Source: Polyangiales bacterium
GTDB taxonomy: Bacteria > Myxococcota_A > Polyangia > Polyangiales > Houyiibacteriaceae
Reading direction: 5' to 3'
Assembly (NCBI GenBank): GCA_045106895.1
Contig: JBGCFM010000074.1
Span: 1-64,000, forward strand
DNA: 64,000 nt
Within the stretch, counting starts at the first letter, position 1. Each line of letters begins with the position of its first letter. Both the position numbers and the translations under genes were made by a program. The notes under the pieces were generated by a model. It was not told the DNA's origin and did not search any database. It worked only from the letters and a program-made list of their open reading frames with translations. Below are positions 8,123-18,316 of the stretch, piece after piece.

Positions 8123-10624
8123 TCAGCCCGTGGGTGTCTTCTCCGTCGCCTTGCCTCCGGCGACTTTGAGAAGCACCGGCTGGACGATGAGTGTCGCGAA
8201 GAGCGTGCAACCCACGGTGACGGCGATGAGTTCGCCGAAGCGCTGAACCGGGACGAAGTTGCTGAAGAGCAAAACGCTGAAGCCGGCCATCAGAGTGATG
8301 CAGGAGACGACGATGGCGCGGCCGGTGCCACGCGCGGCGAGGATGAGCGCGGACTCGGTGCTCAGTCCGTTGAGACGCGTCTCCTCCCGGAAGCGCGCCA
8401 ACACGTGGATCGTCCCGTCGACGGCGAGCCCTAAGCTGATCGAGAAGATGATCACCGTCGCCGCGTTGAGAGGGATGTCGCGCCACACCATGTACGCGCC
8501 GGTGAAGACCAAGGGGATGAGGTTTGGCGGGATGCTGAGGAGCCCCAAACGGATGCTGCGGAAGAGCAACGTGAGGATGACGACGATGATGACAAGCGCC
8601 AGCGCCAGGCTGCTGATGAGGTCGTCCACGACGGCGTCCATGCCTGCGGACCCGTCGAAAGCTTCGCCGGTGAAGCCGATGCCTGTGCTGCTCGGGAGCG
8701 CCTCCGCGAGCTTGCCTTCGAGTTCCGCCGTGAGCCGCATCGTCTCTTGAGCGCCCACGTCTCTCACCTTCAGCTGAAGGCGCATATGGCGAGCGTCTTC
8801 CGTGAGCCACATCTCGAGGGGGCTGTCGCCACGGGCTGCGAGCAGGTCACGAAGCGCTTGCACTTGGCCGGCGGATACGAACGGCGCTGTTCGCGCTTCT
8901 TCATCACGCGAGAGAAGCACCAGCGTCTGACGCAAGAGGCGCATCGGCGACATCGTGCTGAGCACCGAGTCTTGGGCATCGGCCCAAGCGAGGACCTCGT
9001 CGAGGGCGGCAAGAGTCTCCGGCGAGGTGGCCGCTGCCGCGTCGTCAAAACGGAGGCTCACCTCGAGAGGGCGAACGCCATCGAGCTTGTCCTCGAGGAG
9101 ACGTGTCGTTTGATAGACCGGGTCGTCCTCGTCGAACTGGTCGAGGAGCGCGTGGTCAACGACGAGCAGTGTCGAAGCGTATCCTGTACCGCCGAGCAGA
9201 AGTGCCGTGAGTGCAAGAACGGCCCAGGGCTGCTTGAGAATCGCTCGCGTCATGTTCTCGATGAATGACTCGAGACTTCCGTTGTTGCGCTTCGCCGTCG
9301 CTGCCGGGCGCTTTGGGGGCCTGATCCAAGTCAGCACAGCGGGCAAGAAGGTGATGGTCACGAGGTACGCGACCATCACGCCGATGCCAGCCGTGAGACC
9401 GAAGTGACGCAGCATCACCGTCTTGGACACAAGCAGCGACGCGAGGCCGACGGCCGTCGTGACAGAGGTCAGCAGGCACGCGATGCCCATATGAATGACG
9501 GTTCGCTCGCCCGCGGGCTGCGCGCCATCGCCGCGCGCTAGCTCCTCACGGTATCGACCGATCAGGTGAATCGAGTCACTGATGCCGATGATGATGAGCA
9601 GCGTCGGGATAATATTGTTGAGGATATTGAACGGCTCGCCGCCCACGGCCATTCCGCCGACCACCACCACAGCCGTGATCGCGACGGCGGCGATGGGGAG
9701 AATGACTGCCGCGAACCAACGCAGAAAGAACGCCAGAAGCAGCATGCAGACGACAAGCGTCATCGGCACCAAAACAACCTGGTCTTGGCGGATGTTGTGA
9801 ACGATGACGCCACGAAGATGCGGTAAGCCGCCGAGGCGTACGCTCATGCCTTCGGGCGCCGGGTGGGCCGCAAGATCTTCTTCGAGGGCTGCGAGGCGAC
9901 TCGCCGTTTCGCGGCTATCCCCATCACGCAGACGCAGCGCGCTCACCGTCAGCGTGTGGTCGCGCGAGATGAGGCGACCTTCGATGAGGTCCGTCTGCGA
10001 GAGCGCGAGACGCATCTCCTCGACATCCTCGGGGGTGACGGTGTCGCCTTCGACGAGCGGGGAGGCGTCAAGCTCGAGTGAGAGCTGAGAACCAAGCGCC
10101 GCGAAGCCGCCCGGAAAACGTGTGGGGTCCGCTTCCACGAGGGCGACGAGGGCATCGACAACGGCGGGCTCGAAACCGTCTTCCTCCTCTTCGAGTGGTG
10201 CGTCCGGGTCGTAGTCTTCGTCATCGAGATCATCGAGATCATCGAGTCCTCCAGCTGCGCTCAGGTCCGCTTCGACGCGGCGAGGCAGAGGGGTGCGCGT
10301 GAGCGACACCGACGACTCGACCCAGTCGTGACGAGCGACGGCGCCGCTGAGGTCGTGGAGGTACTGAAGCGACTCCGTCGTAAGGATGTCTTCGCCCTCG
10401 ACGAGGAGGACCAGCGTTTTGGACGAGTCACCGAAATCAGCCTCGAAGGCTGGGCCGACATCTTCCACGCCTTCATGCGACGCGATGAGACTGTCGATGG
10501 ATGGGTCGACGTTGATCTTGGGGATCTGCGTTGCGAGCCCAACCGCCACGACGCCCAGTGCGAGAAGCACGGGCAGGCGTCGTGTGGTTGTTATCCGTGC
10601 AATCCAGCGAATCAAAGGGGACAT
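8123..10624 (-). CDS. MMPL/RND family transporter
   Basis: two repeats of TM + periplasmic loop + 5 TM; GISDSIHLIGRY and GLAVDGTIHVLARF. Confidence 0.9.
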   Translation of the reverse strand: MSPLIRWIARITTTRRLPVLLALGVVAVGLATQIPKINVDPSIDSLIASHEGVEDVGPAFEADFGDSSKTLVLLVEGEDILTTESLQYLHDLSGAVARHDWVESSVSLTRTPLPRRVEADLSAAGGLDDLDDLDDEDYDPDAPLEEEEDGFEPAVVDALVALVEADPTRFPGGFAALGSQLSLELDASPLVEGDTVTPEDVEEMRLALSQTDLIEGRLISRDHTLTVSALRLRDGDSRETASRLAALEEDLAAHPAPEGMSVRLGGLPHLRGVIVHNIRQDQVVLVPMTLVVCMLLLAFFLRWFAAVILPIAAVAITAVVVVGGMAVGGEPFNILNNIIPTLLIIIGISDSIHLIGRYREELARGDGAQPAGERTVIHMGIACLLTSVTTAVGLASLLVSKTVMLRHFGLTAGIGVMVAYLVTITFLPAVLTWIRPPKRPAATAKRNNGSLESFIENMTRAILKQPWAVLALTALLLGGTGYASTLLVVDHALLDQFDEDDPVYQTTRLLEDKLDGVRPLEVSLRFDDAAAATSPETLAALDEVLAWADAQDSVLSTMSPMRLLRQTLVLLSRDEEARTAPFVSAGQVQALRDLLAARGDSPLEMWLTEDARHMRLQLKVRDVGAQETMRLTAELEGKLAEALPSSTGIGFTGEAFDGSAGMDAVVDDLISSLALALVIIVVILTLLFRSIRLGLLSIPPNLIPLVFTGAYMVWRDIPLNAATVIIFSISLGLAVDGTIHVLARFREETRLNGLSTESALILAARGTGRAIVVSCITLMAGFSVLLFSNFVPVQRFGELIAVTVGCTLFATLIVQPVLLKVAGGKATEKTPTG

Positions 10625-10864
10625 CCTTGGCCCAGTGATCCAGACGGATCTTGGGCGGCAGAGGACTTAGCCGGCCTGTCGGGGCCTTGCAACGCGCGCC
10701 ATGGGGGTCATCACCCTGATCCGAAGGCCGCTTGACATGGGAAAACACGCCAGCTAGATCGGCGTCCCTGGTACGAAGGAGCGACCTCCCGAGCACCGTT
10801 GATTTTTGGGCAAAAACGCTGATTTTTGCTTATTTGTACGTTTCGAGAGACCGAAGAGAACACC

Positions 10865-11125
10865 ATGGCCAATCACGCCTCTGCTAAAAAGCGAATCCGA
10901 CAGACCATCAAGCGCACCGCTCGAAACAAGCACCAGCGCACAACGGTCCGCTCCCTCGTCAAGAACGTCCGCGTGGCCATCGACGGCGGAGACAAGGCAG
11001 TCGCCACGGAAGCATTGGCCAAGGCCATCCGCCGCATCGACATGGCAGTTTCCCGCGGCCTCTACCACCGAAAGACCGGCAGCCGATACATCTCGCGCCT
11101 GTCGTCCCAGGTCGCTGCACTCTAG
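10865..11125 (+). CDS. rpsT: 30S ribosomal protein S20
   Basis: MANHASAKKRIRQT...IDMAVSRGLYHRKTGSRYISRL. Confidence 0.97.
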   Translation: MANHASAKKRIRQTIKRTARNKHQRTTVRSLVKNVRVAIDGGDKAVATEALAKAIRRIDMAVSRGLYHRKTGSRYISRLSSQVAAL

Positions 11126-11150
11126 CGTTCAAGCGATCGGTTCACCTAAG

Positions 11151-11182
11151 AAGCTCGCGCGCCCTCGGCTCGCGAGCTTTTT
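11151..11182 (+). terminator. intrinsic terminator of rpsT
   Basis: aagctcgcg...cgcgagctt stem followed by a T tract. Confidence 0.75.
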
Positions 11183-11278
11183 CGCGTCTTTCTTTCGAAA
11201 CACGGCGTTCGACTTAGGATCATGTTCCGCAAAAACCCGCTCACGCGCGGGATCGAGCACGGGGTCCGAAAGGGTCAC

Positions 11279-12754
11279 ATGATACCCGAACCCATAGAGG
11301 CCGCGCAGCGCGGCAACCTCGCAGCACTCACCGAAGGCGATCTAAGCCCTGCATGGGCGGCAGTCGCCGACGCGCTTCGCTGTCTTGCATCGCGTGATGC
11401 TGTGGAACGCCCTCGCGCCGAAGATCTCTGCGCGGGGCTAGAAGGCGTCGGTGGCGCTCGTGCCCTCGAACTCCTCGGTGTCCGGGCCCTGCTTGCCCTC
11501 GACCGGGTCGCCCTCGAGAGCACCATCCACGCGCTCCTCGGCTTTGGCGTGCACGGCGCGGCGGCGTACAACCATTTATCGGGCTGGCTCGCGTTCCTTC
11601 GTGGCCAAGGCGAGATCGCTCAAAAGCTTGGTGAACAACTCGAATCCGATTCGCGAGCACGAGGTAAGAGTACAGGCGTGGTGGAAGGAGCGGTTCTGAA
11701 TGCCGCCGGCATTCTTCTGGGTGGTGACCCGTCCGCTGCGCTCAAGCAAGTACGAAGAGCCGCACGCATGGCCCAGTCGGAGCGTCTGTGGACATCGAAC
11801 TTCCTCGCCGGAATCTTGCTCTCGCGAGCACGACGAATGAACGGCCAAACGTACCTCGCCGCCCGAGTCGCTGTAGCTTGCCTCGCCGTCACGGGCAGTG
11901 AATGGGCTCCTTTGCTTGAGTGGGAGCTCTTCTTCGCTGGGGGAGATACTTCCCACGCACATCGCGAGCTGCCCATTGTTCGTGTTCGTGCGGAGCTCGC
12001 GGAGTGGCTTCTTGGAGATGGTCAGGTGCCACGTCGGACTGCGCTCGGCTCCGTACCACACGAAGGCGATATCGCAGCGGCGCTCTTCGCCGCGGGTGCG
12101 AGCGAGGAGACAAGCGAAGCTGCCACGTCAAAGTGGATCTACGGAAACGCGCAAGATGTACCAGGCATCATCTCCGGTATCTCAGCGCACGCGTCGCAGC
12201 ACGGCCCCGTCCGGATCATCGTACGCTCCAACGCCAAAGCTCGGCGCATGCTGCACACAGTTCCGAAAGGCGTCACGCCCCTGCCGCCCAGCGGCGTGGA
12301 AGCTACGCGGGTCGAGGCGCTGGTGGCTGTCCTCGCCTTCGCCGACGGGCCCCTCAGTCGCCGGACGCTTTTCGAGCGAACCTACGGTTTCAAGTACCGA
12401 CCCGAGATCCACGAAGACGCGTTCAAAGTACTACGCAGCCAGGCGAAGAGCTTTATCGCCGGTTGGGCCACTCTCGGCTCCGTCGACGGATATGTTCTGC
12501 ACGTGCACAAAGATATCGCCGTCCTCGATCCTGGCAGCAAACAACCCACAGGAAACGCAATCCTTGGTCGCCTTGGGCAGATGGGCCAGTCCAACGCCAA
12601 GAGCCTTGCTGAGACCCTCGGCATTCCTCTCCGAACGGTTCAGGCCGCGCTCAAGGAGCTCGTCAACGATGGGGCCTGCGAGGTGCAACGAATAGGTCGG
12701 CGTGTTGAATACGTCGTTGAGGACACCACGTTTCAGGAGATAACGCTCACCTGA
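11279..12754 (+). CDS. putative transcriptional regulator: helical N-domain plus C-terminal winged helix-turn-helix
   Basis: SNAKSLAETLGIPLRTVQAALKELV...RRVEYVV is wHTH-like; second OmpR-like segment LSRRTLFERTYG. Confidence 0.55.
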   Translation: MIPEPIEAAQRGNLAALTEGDLSPAWAAVADALRCLASRDAVERPRAEDLCAGLEGVGGARALELLGVRALLALDRVALESTIHALLGFGVHGAAAYNHLSGWLAFLRGQGEIAQKLGEQLESDSRARGKSTGVVEGAVLNAAGILLGGDPSAALKQVRRAARMAQSERLWTSNFLAGILLSRARRMNGQTYLAARVAVACLAVTGSEWAPLLEWELFFAGGDTSHAHRELPIVRVRAELAEWLLGDGQVPRRTALGSVPHEGDIAAALFAAGASEETSEAATSKWIYGNAQDVPGIISGISAHASQHGPVRIIVRSNAKARRMLHTVPKGVTPLPPSGVEATRVEALVAVLAFADGPLSRRTLFERTYGFKYRPEIHEDAFKVLRSQAKSFIAGWATLGSVDGYVLHVHKDIAVLDPGSKQPTGNAILGRLGQMGQSNAKSLAETLGIPLRTVQAALKELVNDGACEVQRIGRRVEYVVEDTTFQEITLT

Positions 12755-12768
12755 AAGACGCGGAGCAC

Positions 12769-13524
12769 TCAGAGCGCAGTGCCGAGAGCTTGGACAACGG
12801 GAAGTCCACCAGAACTGTCGTCGCCGCGTCGAAGGAGCGCCACAGTTAGACCCGTCACGGCCGCCACGACAACGAGCGCGGCGACGGTGAGTCCAATGAT
12901 CAGTCCACGGCGAGGCGCGGACACTTCTTGCGACAAGAGCAAACGTCGCTGGGCGTGTTCACCGGCCTCCAGTTGAACGCGAAGCTCTTGCAGCTGAACG
13001 CTCGCTCCACGAACCAGGTAGGTGCCTGGGTCCAGACGTAGGCGGAGATCCCGACCCATAGAGACCGAGCCGGATTCACGTCCGTTGACGAGCAATTCCA
13101 AAGGGTCGGGATGCGACGTGACAAGCTCGAGCGTGGCAACACCTCGCTCCGCGAGTCGCCGATGAGCGATCAACTCTTCGGACGAGACCGGTGCATCACC
13201 GTAACGACCTCGTTCCAGCCCACGCAGCAATACAATGGCCTCTACATACTGAAGTCGGTCGATGAGGACGAGCGCCAAGTTGAAGGCTGATGAGGCCCGA
13301 GGAGCAAGTCCGAGCGCCGAACGAAACCCCCGTTCGGCGGCCTGCAGGTTGCCAGACTCGAGGGCATCGAGGGCGCCCTGGTGATGCTCTCTCGCCTCCA
13401 CCAGTGTTTCGGCGCTCAGTTCTTCGACGGGCTCGCTCCGCGCTTCACTCTGCGCGTAGCCCAAGTTTCCGAGGCTCGACCAAACGAGAAAAGCGGCAAC
13501 GATTCGTGACGAAACGGCTCGCAT
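12769..13524 (-). CDS. secreted TPR + PEGA-like protein with C-terminal hydrophobic segment
   Basis: signal peptide; AREHHQGA...FNLALVL TPR-like; LLVNG...LDPGTYLV PEGA-like; C-terminal TM. Confidence 0.65.
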   Translation of the reverse strand: MRAVSSRIVAAFLVWSSLGNLGYAQSEARSEPVEELSAETLVEAREHHQGALDALESGNLQAAERGFRSALGLAPRASSAFNLALVLIDRLQYVEAIVLLRGLERGRYGDAPVSSEELIAHRRLAERGVATLELVTSHPDPLELLVNGRESGSVSMGRDLRLRLDPGTYLVRGASVQLQELRVQLEAGEHAQRRLLLSQEVSAPRRGLIIGLTVAALVVVAAVTGLTVALLRRGDDSSGGLPVVQALGTAL

Positions 13525-13535
13525 GCTCAGCGGGC

Positions 13536-15002
13536 TCAAAACGCCACCGCGTGACTGCGCGCACGCTCTCCGGGTTCTCTGCTTGGAGCGACCATGGTGC
13601 GCGGCGGCGGGCCTGTGTTCTCGTCAGCAACACCGTCGCTCGCGTTCATGGAGTCACTATTGGTCACGACACGATTCATGGGCGTTCTTCTTCTCGAGCG
13701 ACGGCGACGCTTCGTCGCGGTCTCCGTCGGTGGCTCCAGGACGTCTTCGGCGATGGCTCGCTCGCCGGCGATCTGTACTGGTTCTGCAGAGGGCTCAGGA
13801 GCAATCGGCGACGGTTGGGCAGGGGAAAGAACGCTATCGGCACTCGCGTCAGCAACTTCTTCGACGACACCTTCGCTTCCCGGCACGCGAAAAGCGTTCC
13901 ACGAGATGAGAGCCGCGGCGCACAAAATCAGCACGAAAGCGATCACTGCGCTTCGTGAAAAGCGCGGGTGCTTTGAAACAGGGCTCCGCGGCGTCGCCGA
14001 CGAACTGACATCGGCATCGAGGAGCAACGACCTCTGCCGCGCGACGCTCGCGGTATGTTCGTCGCCGAAAACCGTGGTCATGTACTCGCGGAGGTTCATT
14101 TCTCCTTCGTCCGCCACGAGCTCCTCGAGAAGCAAACCGATACGTTCGGCTACCTCGTCAGCGCCCGCTGGTCTGTACTCGGGTTTCTTCGCGAGGAGTT
14201 CGAAGAGTAGCTCGCACACGACGGTGTGTGTGTCCGGGCGTATAGACATGATGTCAGGAGGAGGCTCCGCGAGAATCGCGCGCGCCACCTCTGTCGCAGT
14301 GTCACGCCGGTACAGACGCGTCCCGGCGAGGAGTTCAAAGAAGACCACCCCTAAAGAGAATAGGTCGGAACGTAGGTCGAGATCTTCAAAGCGAAGCTGT
14401 TCTGGAGACATATAACCTGCCTTTCCTTTCAGGAGGCCGGTTGTGGTCTCTGCAAGGCGACCAAACGCTTTGGCGATCCCGAAGTCCGTCACCTTCACCG
14501 CGCCATCAAAATCGACGAGGATATTCTGTGGCGAGACATCGCGGTGAATAAGGACCAAGGAAGTGCCATCGAGACCGACTTGTCGGTGGGCTGCAGCGAG
14601 CCCTAAGGCGACGCCCTGCACGATGCGGAGGACGATCTGTTCAGGAATCGCCTGTTCGCGTGACCGGTGGCCGGCAATAAACGCGGAGCAGTTAAGCCCG
14701 TCCACGAGCTCCATGACCAAATATGGTCCTGCGTCGTCTTCGCCAACGTCAAGGACACTCACAATGTTCGGGTGACGGAGCAGTCCAGCGATGCGCCCTT
14801 CATCAAGAAACATCAACCGGAACTCGTTGTTCGACCGGAACTCAGGCCGAAGTCGTTTGACGGCGTAGAGGCGCTGAAAGTTCGCCCGCACACGAACGGC
14901 GAGCTCCACCTGACCCATTCCGCCTTTGGCGAGGATACCGACGGTCCGATACTCGCGTTGCGCCGCCTCTTCGGTCATCGCTTTGTTCGTCCAGCGGTCC
15001 AT
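13536..15002 (-). CDS. membrane Ser/Thr protein kinase (Hanks type)
   Basis: LAKGGMGQV, AVKRL, HRDVSPQN, DFG, YMSPEQ; one TM, then a disordered tail; ATG lies 1 nt after the upstream TAA. Confidence 0.9.
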   Translation of the reverse strand: MDRWTNKAMTEEAAQREYRTVGILAKGGMGQVELAVRVRANFQRLYAVKRLRPEFRSNNEFRLMFLDEGRIAGLLRHPNIVSVLDVGEDDAGPYLVMELVDGLNCSAFIAGHRSREQAIPEQIVLRIVQGVALGLAAAHRQVGLDGTSLVLIHRDVSPQNILVDFDGAVKVTDFGIAKAFGRLAETTTGLLKGKAGYMSPEQLRFEDLDLRSDLFSLGVVFFELLAGTRLYRRDTATEVARAILAEPPPDIMSIRPDTHTVVCELLFELLAKKPEYRPAGADEVAERIGLLLEELVADEGEMNLREYMTTVFGDEHTASVARQRSLLLDADVSSSATPRSPVSKHPRFSRSAVIAFVLILCAAALISWNAFRVPGSEGVVEEVADASADSVLSPAQPSPIAPEPSAEPVQIAGERAIAEDVLEPPTETATKRRRRSRRRTPMNRVVTNSDSMNASDGVADENTGPPPRTMVAPSREPGERARSHAVAF

Positions 15003-15003
15003 A

Positions 15004-16590
15004 TTAGTAAGCGGGAACGCAAACGTGCTGAACCTCGATGGTGGAGGGACCATCTCGACCGAGCTGGCCAAGTTCATTTTCGCCCCAACAGAAGACCCGT
15101 CCGTCTCTCGTGAGCCCACACGAGTGACGTTGCCCTACTCCGACCGTCGCCCAGGTCTCATCGCTGCCCACCATGATCGCGTCGCCTTCGCCGACAAAGT
15201 CGATGGATCCGGTCCGTCCCCCTTCCGCATCGCCCCAGCACCGCAGCTCTCCCTCCACTGTCACGGCGCAGAAAGCGTTGTCGTCACCGATATACTGGGT
15301 AGAGACCGAAACGTGAGACCAGTTTCCCGGCACGATGTGCGGGACGTCGGCGAACATCTGACGTGTCGCGTCACGTCCGTAACACTCGAGCTGGGCCGAG
15401 TCGCGAACAAGACATACGGTGGATACTTCGGCGCTCACGACATCGATGTCTGGACCGAGGAACGGAAATGAAGATTGTGTGCACGCAAAGTTGCCCGAAC
15501 GAAACGCGCACACGTTGCTCCAGAAAGTCAGGATCCGGTCGTGCCCGCTACGCTCATCGAAGGCATACGCCAGCCCGGGAGTCGTCTCCAACGTGTTTGG
15601 ATCGCGGCCCAGACACGCCACCCTGCCGAGATCGTCAATGGTGCATGTGAAGCTCGGACCTAGGGAGACTGCGGCAAAACTACTTTCTTCTTCAAGGGAG
15701 CGCTCACAGCATGGACGAACATTAGGCTGCGATGGTCCAATGATCTCAAAGTCGCCGTTGTTCCGGCCTCCGCAGCGAAGCGCACCATTCGCGATCAGAC
15801 ATACGTGCTCGGAGTCGACCTCGATGGACTCGATGTCCGAGGCGAAGCGCGCGACTCCCGACGAATCGACGACGCGCGTGGGACGGCGAGGATGGTTATC
15901 CCAAGACTCGAACATGTCGGCTACTCTGCCCCAGCAGAACGCTTCGCCGCTGGAAAGTGCGCAGCTCATATTTCGTCCGACGGACAACGAGTCGATGGTC
16001 AAACAATCGCTATCGGGACAAACGGACGGCGACGAGGTGGTGCCTTCGACATCGCGGGGCATCGCCGCATAGCAAGCGCTACTACAGCCTCCGGAAACAC
16101 ACGTATCGTGGCTGCCGCAAGTGTCCGCAGAGTCAAAGTCGCCGTTGGGTCGGTCTGCAGGTTCCGGGCAAGCGCGCCCAAAACGCACGCGTATCTCTCC
16201 GTTCCCCGCCTCGTCGCCTTGCAAGAAGTCACCTCGAACTCGTACCCAACTTAAGCGCTCGCCTTCATGAATGAGCTCCGCAAAGACCGTGTAACGCCGG
16301 TCAAGAGCGTCCGTTTCCGTGGCGATACGTAGCCTTGTTCCTTCCTCGAAAAGAACCGGCGTGAGCACTTGTCCGTCTTGGTGTTGGCGGCGCCCGTCCG
16401 GCCAGAACGTGACATGGAGCATGGTGTCCATCGGTACGACAAGATCCGCATCGACATCAAAGATGAGCTCTGTCATCGGCCCAGGGACGGCCTCGTTGGC
16501 GGGGACGCATCCCAAAGCCCACGCACTTAGCGCGACTAAGAGCGCGCAGCGGGGAAGGCGACGACGCGGCTGCGGCCCTTCGAGGATCAC
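15004..16590 (-). CDS. RCC1-repeat (beta-propeller) lipoprotein
   Basis: lipobox ALGC; repeated SVG..HSC.L...G...CWG.N..GQLG units; GTG start at 16590 is an estimate. Confidence 0.75.
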   Translation of the reverse strand: MILEGPQPRRRLPRCALLVALSAWALGCVPANEAVPGPMTELIFDVDADLVVPMDTMLHVTFWPDGRRQHQDGQVLTPVLFEEGTRLRIATETDALDRRYTVFAELIHEGERLSWVRVRGDFLQGDEAGNGEIRVRFGRACPEPADRPNGDFDSADTCGSHDTCVSGGCSSACYAAMPRDVEGTTSSPSVCPDSDCLTIDSLSVGRNMSCALSSGEAFCWGRVADMFESWDNHPRRPTRVVDSSGVARFASDIESIEVDSEHVCLIANGALRCGGRNNGDFEIIGPSQPNVRPCCERSLEEESSFAAVSLGPSFTCTIDDLGRVACLGRDPNTLETTPGLAYAFDERSGHDRILTFWSNVCAFRSGNFACTQSSFPFLGPDIDVVSAEVSTVCLVRDSAQLECYGRDATRQMFADVPHIVPGNWSHVSVSTQYIGDDNAFCAVTVEGELRCWGDAEGGRTGSIDFVGEGDAIMVGSDETWATVGVGQRHSCGLTRDGRVFCWGENELGQLGRDGPSTIEVQHVCVPAY

Positions 16591-16687
16591 TCGCCAATAG
16601 TGTGCGCATCCGCGCTTCTGGGCAAGTATCGCAATGCGCGCAGACTGTCTTACGTCCGCTCTGCTTCGGCCATGTAGACTGATAGGT

Positions 16688-18316
16688 ATGCGGATTCGGT
16701 CATTGTTCTCCATCCTTGGCGTATTGCTCATTGGCGCTTGCGATGGGCGCATCGGCGACACCGTGGATCTCCCCCCGGGCGTTGAGTTGGAACCCCCAGA
16801 GGAAATTGAACCGGAGGCCCCGGTCGGCCCAGGACGCTCCAAGCTTCGGCGACTCAACGCCCGCGAGTACCGAAACACCATTGAGGACTTCTTCGGTCGG
16901 GAGTTGCCAGCCGACCTCGAGCTTCCGGACGACACTGTCAATCTGAACGGCTCCGGCTTTGACACGGACGGCTCGATTCTGTCGCTCTCGGGCGCGGCGG
17001 AAGGTTACTACAACACCGCCGCGAACTTTGGCACTCAGATGCGCGAGGGCGGCGGCCTCTCCCCCTTCGCCCATTGTGCAGAGTTGCCGGTCAGCGAAAT
17101 CTGGTCGTGCTTCGAACCGGAGCTTGGTTGGTGGCTCGGCTGGCTTCATCGCCGACCGGTAAGCGAAGAGACCATCGCGCGCTTGGTCACGCTTGGGCAG
17201 TCGCTTGACGACAGCTACGGAGCGGCGATCGAAACGCTCGTTACCTACGCTCTCACGTCTCCCAACTTCTTGTTTCACTACGTACGCGATTCCACGGACG
17301 ACGCCGTGGACCCCTACGAGCTTGCAGACCGCTTGTCGTACTTTGTGTGGTCCTCGGGGCCCGATGACGTTCTTCTGGCAGCAGCCGCCGACTCTTCGCT
17401 TCTTACGCCCGAGGTGCTCGAAGCGCAGACACGCCGCCTGTTGGAGGACGAGCGCGCGTCGCGCATGTACCAGGACTTTTCCCGAATGTGGGTTCAGCTC
17501 GACAGCCTGCTTCGACGAGGAAGCAACGATGCAGAAGACGTGCTTTACCGTGATATTCGACAGGAGACGCTGCTCTTCGTTGAGACGGTCTTTGTGGAAG
17601 AGACGCTCGACACGCTCTTCAGCGCCGATTGGACTTTCCTAAACCAGCGCCTGGCAGACCATTACGGAGTCGACGCAGCTGACTTTGGCGAAGAGTTTGA
17701 GCGCACACCCGCTCTTCCGCAGCGACGTGGTCTCATGACACACGCATCTGTGCTCTTCGCACATTCGCCATCCGGCGTAAGCGACCCGATTCGACGTGGG
17801 TTTTGGACCGCCGGACGCCTCGTCTGTAACCCGCCGCCTCGGGGTTCGATCCCAAATGTCGCTCCACTTCGCAACACCGATGGTGGCGAGACGGTACGAG
17901 AAATCCTAGCCGATCACCGACGTATCCCAGCCTGCGCGTCCTGCCATGAGTACACGGATCCGTATGGACTTGCCCTCGAAGTCTTCGACCACATCGGACG
18001 ACTACGCACCACCTACGCGAACGGTCGCGACGTGGACCCGTCCGGCGTGCTGCCCAGCGGGGAGACTTTCGCTGACGCAAACGAACTAGGAGAGGTCATC
18101 GTTTCTCGCGGAGACCTGCCGCGCTGCATCAACCAGTACCTAACGGGCTACGCCATCGGTCGCGACCTCACCGATGCAGACAAGGAGAATGCCGCATCGG
18201 ACCTGGCCCGCTTCAGCGACGAGCGCGGGCTCACCAGCAACGAGGTCACGTTTAGAGATCTGGTGGTGCGAATCGTGCTTTCCCGACAGTTCGCTCAGGC
18301 AGGAGAGATGCAATGA
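16688..18316 (+). CDS. DUF1587/DUF1595/DUF1592/DUF1588/DUF1585 (PSD/PSCyt-type) lipoprotein with CxxCH
   Basis: LRRLNAREYRNTIEDF, LTSPNFLF, YELADRLSYFVWSSGPDD, DPIRRG, CASCH...DPYGLALEVFD. Confidence 0.85.
   Translation: MRIRSLFSILGVLLIGACDGRIGDTVDLPPGVELEPPEEIEPEAPVGPGRSKLRRLNAREYRNTIEDFFGRELPADLELPDDTVNLNGSGFDTDGSILSLSGAAEGYYNTAANFGTQMREGGGLSPFAHCAELPVSEIWSCFEPELGWWLGWLHRRPVSEETIARLVTLGQSLDDSYGAAIETLVTYALTSPNFLFHYVRDSTDDAVDPYELADRLSYFVWSSGPDDVLLAAAADSSLLTPEVLEAQTRRLLEDERASRMYQDFSRMWVQLDSLLRRGSNDAEDVLYRDIRQETLLFVETVFVEETLDTLFSADWTFLNQRLADHYGVDAADFGEEFERTPALPQRRGLMTHASVLFAHSPSGVSDPIRRGFWTAGRLVCNPPPRGSIPNVAPLRNTDGGETVREILADHRRIPACASCHEYTDPYGLALEVFDHIGRLRTTYANGRDVDPSGVLPSGETFADANELGEVIVSRGDLPRCINQYLTGYAIGRDLTDADKENAASDLARFSDERGLTSNEVTFRDLVVRIVLSRQFAQAGEMQ

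Noticed and set aside
16591..16965. N-terminal extension of the RCC1 ORF to 653 aa (likewise the extended starts of the 35172, 55576, 58884 and 23294 ORFs)
   Set aside because: The extensions overlap neighbouring genes or precede clear signal peptides or family N-termini, so downstream starts were chosen.
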